A DNA stretch of 64,000 bases from a virus. Lineage: Duplodnaviria; Caudoviricetes. The notes below the pieces were generated by a model that was not told where the DNA came from, ran no database searches, and saw only the letters and a program-made list of their open reading frames with translations. Each line of letters opens with the position of its first letter. Position 1 is the first letter of the stretch. The stretch lies in the IMG/VR virus record IMGVR_UViG_3300028048_001801, positions 1 to 64,000 of that record; one strand, written 5' to 3'. Shown here piece by piece: positions 58,552 to 64,000 of the stretch. Both the position numbers and the translations under genes were made by a program.

Positions 58552-58911
58552 ATGATTATTAAATACAGAGTGAATCCGAAAGATAAACAACTTGAAGAAG
58601 CGTCGTTGCTTGGTTATGGTAGTCTTTATTATTTGAAAACTATTGAAAAACACGCGCATGGAATCGAGTACGTGCATTCCGAGTGCGTTGGAACTTATAT
58701 TTATGACGAAAAAAAGAATGAAATAATTTTATATTCAGTCGTAGATTTCGGCCCCGAAATTAAATGTGAGTATATGATTAAGGATGCCAGCGATGTTTAT
58801 TATTTGTCTGGGTATTTAAAATCTAAGGTAATAGATGAAATACGCATATATCGTGTAGACGATAAGGCCGTAGATAAAGAATTTGATTCTGCTTTTATAA
58901 TCAACGACTAA
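58552..58911 (+). CDS. Hypothetical protein
   Basis: ORF in operon context. Confidence 0.5.
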   Translation: MIIKYRVNPKDKQLEEASLLGYGSLYYLKTIEKHAHGIEYVHSECVGTYIYDEKKNEIILYSVVDFGPEIKCEYMIKDASDVYYLSGYLKSKVIDEIRIYRVDDKAVDKEFDSAFIIND

Positions 58912-58976
58912 AATAAAATCAAAAAAATCAAATAAATCGAATAAAAAAAAACAAATTAAACGAAAGGGAATATAAA

Positions 58977-59288
58977 ATGGGTAAAAGAAATCAGCTTTAT
59001 GATGAAATAGTGCTCTGCACCGCAACATGGGGTGAAGATAAAATTAACGAAAAGCTCGGCTCGATAATCACGACTCTCACGAGAGAGGGTGAGTGGTGCA
59101 AGGTGTATGATGATGATAATGGCATTTATATTATTCAGCATGGACACAATGAGGGTTTAGAATATTGTGGAGGCTCTGTTCTTACGTGGCTTACAGATGA
59201 AGAATATGAACAACTTGAATCTTTAAGAGAAGCAAGCGACGGCGGGAGTTCCGACCCCGATAAAAAAGAGGGTAACGAAAATGATTAA
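58977..59288 (+). CDS. Hypothetical protein
   Basis: ORF with RBS, overlapping the dut start. Confidence 0.5.
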   Translation: MGKRNQLYDEIVLCTATWGEDKINEKLGSIITTLTREGEWCKVYDDDNGIYIIQHGHNEGLEYCGGSVLTWLTDEEYEQLESLREASDGGSSDPDKKEGNEND

Positions 59289-59811
59289 GTTTGAAAAAGT
59301 TTCTTTTGAACAATTTGAAAAAGATGTCATAAGTCTATATCCTCTCTTCACAAAGGAGTATATAGAAGAAATTTATAATAATATAAAATTACCTAGACGC
59401 TCTACGTCTGGTAGCGCGGGCTATGACTTTTTCGCCCCGTTCGACACCGTGTTGTTGTTCGAAGATAGTGACTTGGCAAAGAGTTATCGGGTAATTCCAA
59501 CAGGTATACGCTTTATTGTGGATAATAATGAAAATGTCTTCTTGAACATCTTGCCTCGAAGCGGTATGGGTTTTAAGTACGGAACTAATTTAGCTAATAC
59601 ATGCGGCATCATAGATAGCGATTACTTTTTATCCGAAAACGAAGGCCACATTATGGTTAAACTTGGAACGAAATTTGCCGCAGCTCCGATAATACGCGGG
59701 AAAGCTTTCGTTCAAGGGATTATTTTGCCGTATTACACGGTAGACAACGAGGAAAATGTAAAAGAGACTCGTAACGGTGGGTTCGGCTCCACAGATGCGA
59801 ATAAAGTTTAG
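59281..59811 (+). CDS. dut: Trimeric dUTPase
   Basis: SAGYDF, PRSG, GIIDSDY, QGI and RNGGFGST motifs. Confidence 0.93.
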   Translation: MIKFEKVSFEQFEKDVISLYPLFTKEYIEEIYNNIKLPRRSTSGSAGYDFFAPFDTVLLFEDSDLAKSYRVIPTGIRFIVDNNENVFLNILPRSGMGFKYGTNLANTCGIIDSDYFLSENEGHIMVKLGTKFAAAPIIRGKAFVQGIILPYYTVDNEENVKETRNGGFGSTDANKV

Positions 59812-59827
59812 ATTGGAGACAGGTGAA

Positions 59828-60022
59828 ATGGGATATTGTAAAAGAATACAAATGGACTGTATGTACACAGACAGGGACAATAATGACAATTGTTCTCTCG
59901 CCACTTGTAAATATATGAGAGAATTAATATATAACCCTGATGGGACTCAAACATTAAAAGAGATTAAAACAACATCAAGGAAGAAAACAAATAAAAAGGT
60001 GGATATAACAGATGGGCAATAA
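59828..60022 (+). CDS. Small Cys-containing hypothetical protein
   Basis: AGGTG before ATG 59828; four Cys residues. Confidence 0.4.
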   Translation: MGYCKRIQMDCMYTDRDNNDNCSLATCKYMRELIYNPDGTQTLKEIKTTSRKKTNKKVDITDGQ

Positions 60023-60764
60023 CAATAAGGGTAAAATGATCGTATATGGAAACAGAAATACTACGGGCGCCATGGCGGCAGCTATGGGGCTCATAGATAA
60101 TAACAGACAGAATAAACCCAAACAACCGAAGCAGAAAGAAGGTGGTTTTTATAATGGGGGGAAAAATAACCCAACAACGCAAAATAAAAAAATCCCCTAT
60201 ACCACTTCGAACAGACCGAATGTAAAATGCGATTCTAAAAACAATTCAAACTATACAGAGAGAAAGGGTAAGCCTTTTAAAAAACAACCCTCTCCAGAAG
60301 AAATAAAAGAAAAAGAGATTAAAAAGACACTTGGTGAATTAGAAGAACATTTACGCCTCGCAGATGAAGATTATAAAAAGGTGTATGGATCTATTTTCTA
60401 TCTTTTAACGGACAGGGTTGCTCCTTCTGGCGAGTTGATCTCACTTTCCGTATATCACGACCCTGACGACGCCGCTGATGTATTAACGATCTCTGATGAG
60501 GGCGACTCCTTATCTGAGTTTATATACTCCGCAGACGATATCGCTTCAATTAGACGAGAAATAATGGGTCTTATGTCAAAGAGCAAATGGAGAAACAACC
60601 TTCGTTTTACGGTAGGACAATATAACAACACAACCACTTTGAAATATGGATTATCTGCAAAAGGTAATGTAAAAGATATAATTTACTTAAAATGGGCGCT
60701 TATCAATATGTTGGAGAGTTTATATGATACCGATGAAGAGTTAAAGGAGGCTTTTGGCTTATGA
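60012..60764 (+). CDS. Hypothetical protein with basic disordered N-terminus
   Basis: ORF overlapping both neighbours. Confidence 0.55.
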   Translation: MGNNNKGKMIVYGNRNTTGAMAAAMGLIDNNRQNKPKQPKQKEGGFYNGGKNNPTTQNKKIPYTTSNRPNVKCDSKNNSNYTERKGKPFKKQPSPEEIKEKEIKKTLGELEEHLRLADEDYKKVYGSIFYLLTDRVAPSGELISLSVYHDPDDAADVLTISDEGDSLSEFIYSADDIASIRREIMGLMSKSKWRNNLRFTVGQYNNTTTLKYGLSAKGNVKDIIYLKWALINMLESLYDTDEELKEAFGL

Positions 60765-61342
60765 GCGCGGGGTTGTCAAACGGAGATAAGAAGACTTTAA
60801 TTGTGAATTTGTTTGGGGCCGCAGGTTCAGGCAAGAGTACAGGTGCCGCTTATATTTTTACAAAACTTAAAATGGACTACATAGACGCGGAGCTTGTTAC
60901 CGAATTCGCCAAGGATAAAACATGGGAACGTAATTCGATGGTTCTTTCTAATCAATTCTATGTGTTTGGCAAACAGGCCTTCCGCTTAGCTCGTGTGGCA
61001 GGACAGGTTGATGTGGTAATTACAGATTCGCCCCTTCTTCTTTCGAATTATTATGCTGGCAACGATCCTGTGATGGAAAATTTTAAAAAAGCCTGTGTTG
61101 ATGTGTTTAATACTTATGATAACGTTAATTTCTTTTTAAACAGAGTTAAACCTTATAATCCGAATGGCAGAAGTCAAACCGAGAACGAAGCGAACAAGAT
61201 TAGCGCTGAACTCAAACAGATGTTAAATGGGTATAATGTGCCTTACGAAGAGGTTAATGGTGACGAAACAGGGTATGAATCGATATATCAACACATTAAG
61301 ACGTTATTGACTCAGCGTGGGGTTGAAGGCAAAGCAAATTAA
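60761..61342 (+). CDS. P-loop kinase/ATPase (NadR/AAA_28-like)
   Basis: GAAGSGKST, EFAKD, ITDSPLL and GRSQ. Confidence 0.8.
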   Translation: MSAGLSNGDKKTLIVNLFGAAGSGKSTGAAYIFTKLKMDYIDAELVTEFAKDKTWERNSMVLSNQFYVFGKQAFRLARVAGQVDVVITDSPLLLSNYYAGNDPVMENFKKACVDVFNTYDNVNFFLNRVKPYNPNGRSQTENEANKISAELKQMLNGYNVPYEEVNGDETGYESIYQHIKTLLTQRGVEGKAN

Positions 61343-61379
61343 AAATTTTAAAAAAATTTAAAAAACATAGAACTTTTAC

Positions 61380-61408
61380 TTGACACGGTAAGAATTTTAT
61401 GATATAAT
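61380..61408 (+). promoter_or_regulatory. SigA-type promoter for the DUF2828 gene
   Basis: TTGACA-N17-TATAAT with extended TG. Confidence 0.85.
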
Positions 61409-61465
61409 ACTCCACGTAAATAAGAAACAGGAAAGGAAAGAAAACAAGATATTAGGAGGCAGATT

Positions 61466-63052
61466 ATGGACAATAATGCTCACACAAACTTTATAGATCA
61501 GATGAAAGAAACGGCTAACGGAAGCGTGGAATTTAACGGCACGTTCACCGAGAACGGCGCCGTCGGTTATAAGACTACAGGCACCAAGCTCCTTGATGTC
61601 AATTTTAAGGTTGCTTCATATCGCAATATGAGCGATGGTGAAATTGCTAATGATTTTATAGCTGCCTTCAAAGAGGATCCTGCTCTTGCTTTTACTTGGC
61701 TTTTCTTTGCACGCGACATTCGTGGCGGGCTTGGAGAGAGAAGACTTTTCCGTGTCTGTTTGAAAAGCCTTCTAAAATGCGGGGCTTTGGATAGTGCGGA
61801 TATTTATTCGCTCTGTGATCTTATCATGGAGTACGGCAGAGCAGACGATATTTATACTATCTTTGATTGTGATGATAAATCTTTTGAAAAACTCGCCGCT
61901 ATGTGGATGCAGAAAAAACTTTCAAAAGATCTCCAGGATATGGCGTATGGTAAACCTGTCTCACTTCTCGCAAAGTGGCTAAAGAGTGAAAGAGCTTCTT
62001 CGATTGAAAGTATGGCGTTGGCGAAGAGAACTGCCAAGGCGCTCGGTATGACATCGAAACAATACCGTTTGGCGCTTTCGTCGCTCCGTCGTTATATCGA
62101 TGTAACTGAGTGTAAAATGTCTGCTAATAAATGGGGCAAAATAGATTATTCTAAGGTTCCCTCTAAAGCAGCATTAAATTATTCTAATGCTTTTAGAAAA
62201 CATGACGAAGAGAGGTATAATCAATTCCTTGCCGCCGTTGAAAACGGCGAAGCAAAGATCAATGCTGGCGCGCTTTGTCCTTATGAGATAGTAAATAAAT
62301 ACGGCGATTTTTATGCGGAAGATATTAATCCGTTTGACCCGACGCTTGAAGAATTGTGGAAAGCGCTGCCGAACACTGTAAACGGCAAGATGGCAGGATC
62401 CACTCTTGTTGTGGCCGATGGTTCTGGTTCGATGACAGTCAATGTAAGTGGCAGGACCACCGCACTCGACGTAGCAAATTCTCTTGCAATTTATTTTGCG
62501 GAGAGAGCAACTGGCGCATTTAAGAATAAATATATCACTTTCTCGGAGCATCCTGCTTTTGTAGATTTTGATGCCGCTGGATGTCAGACTCTTAGGGATA
62601 AGATCGTTGAGGCGTTGCAACACGACGAAATAGCGAATACGAATATTGAAGCGGTATTTAATTTGATATTGAATACTGCCGTAAAGAAAAAACTTCCTCA
62701 GGAAGAGACACCCGCTAACATTTTAATGATTTCTGATATGGAGTTTGATCGCGCGACCCGCGGGCGCGTTGACAGATCTTTATTTGATGGAATTAAAGAA
62801 GGGTTTGAGGCTGCGGGTTATAAACTTCCGCGCTTGGTGTTCTGGAATGTGAATTCGAGGACTTGTACGATACCTGTTCGAGAAAACGATTGCGGCGTTA
62901 TGTTGGTATCTGGTTTCTCGCAGAACGTGGCCGAGATGGTAATGAGTGGCGAGTTAGACCCAATGAAATGCTTGGTTGACACGCTTATGAAGGATAGGTA
63001 TAAGGAAGTTAGAAAGTTTTTCGATATGTATATAAAACAAAGAGTTATTTAA
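61466..63052 (+). CDS. DUF2828 family TROVE/Ro60-like protein with C-terminal vWA domain
   Basis: TENGA, RDIRGGLGERRLF, SLLAKWL, MIDAS DGSGSM, NTN, ISDMEFD, VFWNV and VSGFS. Confidence 0.85.
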   Translation: MDNNAHTNFIDQMKETANGSVEFNGTFTENGAVGYKTTGTKLLDVNFKVASYRNMSDGEIANDFIAAFKEDPALAFTWLFFARDIRGGLGERRLFRVCLKSLLKCGALDSADIYSLCDLIMEYGRADDIYTIFDCDDKSFEKLAAMWMQKKLSKDLQDMAYGKPVSLLAKWLKSERASSIESMALAKRTAKALGMTSKQYRLALSSLRRYIDVTECKMSANKWGKIDYSKVPSKAALNYSNAFRKHDEERYNQFLAAVENGEAKINAGALCPYEIVNKYGDFYAEDINPFDPTLEELWKALPNTVNGKMAGSTLVVADGSGSMTVNVSGRTTALDVANSLAIYFAERATGAFKNKYITFSEHPAFVDFDAAGCQTLRDKIVEALQHDEIANTNIEAVFNLILNTAVKKKLPQEETPANILMISDMEFDRATRGRVDRSLFDGIKEGFEAAGYKLPRLVFWNVNSRTCTIPVRENDCGVMLVSGFSQNVAEMVMSGELDPMKCLVDTLMKDRYKEVRKFFDMYIKQRVI

Positions 63053-63067
63053 ACAAGTTAAATAGTA

Positions 63068-63295
63068 AGGGCGCTTTGCAGCAAGTTGTTTACTTATGGC
63101 GAATATAATAGGCGCTCTGTGAATAAGAGGTCAGTTACAGCAAAATTGATGAGAGATTTGGTCATGGTGTGGTCCGCCTAGAGACTTTGACCTCTGTATT
63201 TAGAGCACATCACAGCAATTTTTAAAAATAAGAATTTACATCTTACAAAATTTTTGGAAAATAAGACTTTTGGTTTAATTTATTAATTGTGCTCT
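63068..63295 (+). ncRNA. Tandem array of three stem-closed RNA-like units with a CAGCAA motif
   Basis: Units are 63068-63118, 63126-63195 and 63202-63295. Each has an 8-bp terminal stem with covarying sequence, CAGCAA 3-4 nt inside the 5' arm, and ends in CTCT-GT. Confidence 0.7.
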
Positions 63296-63302
63296 GTGAG
63301 TT

Positions 63303-63333
63303 GAGGCCCCGCTCGCGAGGGGCCTCTTTTTTT
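63303..63333 (+). terminator. Intrinsic terminator closing the DUF2828 + array transcript
   Basis: GAGGCCCC...GGGGCCTC followed by TTTTTTT. Confidence 0.85.
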
Positions 63334-63390
63334 GTTGTTTATTTTATTGTTTTTATTTTTTGTGTGAAGAATGGTGATGGGGAGGGAAAT

Positions 63391-63425
63391 GCGGTCCGAC
63401 CGTTAGGTCGGGCCGTTTTGTTTTG
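63391..63425 (+). terminator. Second intrinsic terminator-like hairpin
   Basis: GCGGTCCGACC-GTTA-GGTCGGGCCGT followed by TTTGTTTT. Confidence 0.6.
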
Positions 63426-63587
63426 GGGTGATTTTGGGGTGTAGGTTGGAAATGTATAGTAATATATAAATTTAAAATAAAATGAAGACGTAATAATGTA
63501 AATTACGTTTTCATGAGGTTCCATTAGCCTCAAATGGGTTTCATTGGCCCAAACGATAAAGGAAAAGCCAAAAAGGAGGATAAAAAA

Positions 63588-63953
63588 ATGGCGCTTTATA
63601 AGTTTAGTAAAAATTTCACCCCCGTACTCAGCGATGGCTGGGGAGTACTTGACATAAGAGAAATCACGGTAGAAATACCTGATTCTTATGGGCAAAGTTC
63701 TTTTGAAGAATTAATTTCTTCGAAGAATTTTCAAGCCATAAGATTTATGTCGGCGGCCGAAGAAGGCAGGGATTTACCTGAACTTCTTCAAATTTGGGAA
63801 ACCAGAGACAGGCGAAATGCCGAAACCTGGGGTTGTTACCACAGGCTTGGCTGGGAAAAAAGAAGTCTCGAAGAATATCTTTGGGACTTGTATATCGCTG
63901 ATGGCGAAATCAGAAGAGCAAAAGCTCTTTATGAAAAAGTCTTTAGCAAATAA
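63588..63953 (+). CDS. Hypothetical protein
   Basis: AAGGAGG precedes ATG 63588, so the track start at 63534 is probably too long. Confidence 0.6.
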   Translation: MALYKFSKNFTPVLSDGWGVLDIREITVEIPDSYGQSSFEELISSKNFQAIRFMSAAEEGRDLPELLQIWETRDRRNAETWGCYHRLGWEKRSLEEYLWDLYIADGEIRRAKALYEKVFSK

Positions 63954-64000
63954 TTCCGCAAGGCCCGCCCAAAAGGGTGATCGGTGCAAGTCCGATGCGT

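Noticed and set aside
63164-63172. ATGGTGTGG in array unit 2 also occurs in the tape-measure intron RNA (~17481-17489)
   Set aside because: A 9-nt same-sense match is expected by chance in 64 kb.
63068-63295. CRISPR array or tRNA cluster
   Set aside because: There are no identical direct repeats, unit lengths vary and no cas operon is present. No cloverleaf or TTC T-loop is visible.
1-64000. Stop-codon reassignment as the cause of the split tape measure and terminase genes
   Set aside because: Coding density is high in the standard code, and both splits are explained by group I introns.

Overview
The window is a 64 kb segment of a large, AT-rich tailed phage with an SPbeta-like gene order and probably a Bacillota/Clostridia host (inferred from TTGACA-N17-TATAAT promoters and AGGAGG ribosome-binding sites). 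From about 55.2 kb leftwards, everything is on the minus strand: nucleotide enzymes, a YonO-like single-chain RNA polymerase, terminase, portal, prohead protease, capsid, neck and tail genes, a giant tape-measure gene, BspA-LRR/CBM tail adhesins, and nrdH-nrdD. After a divergent non-coding switch region, the plus strand carries ThyX-like, NADAR, dUTPase, a P-loop kinase and a DUF2828 TROVE/vWA-like gene. Four features stand out. (1) A spliced tape-measure polyprotein of about 4010 aa whose N-terminal half carries RNA-polymerase-like catalytic motifs and a RecB/Cas4-like nuclease. (2) Two group I introns, in the tape measure and terminase genes; the tape-measure intron appears to end in A instead of the canonical omega-G. 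(3) A DUF2828 (Ro60/TROVE-like) gene followed by three stem-closed small RNA-like units sharing a CAGCAA motif. (4) A structured 5' leader whose loop can pair with the Shine-Dalgarno sequence of a mobile endonuclease. All protein calls come from motif recognition and gene context by eye; no searches were run.
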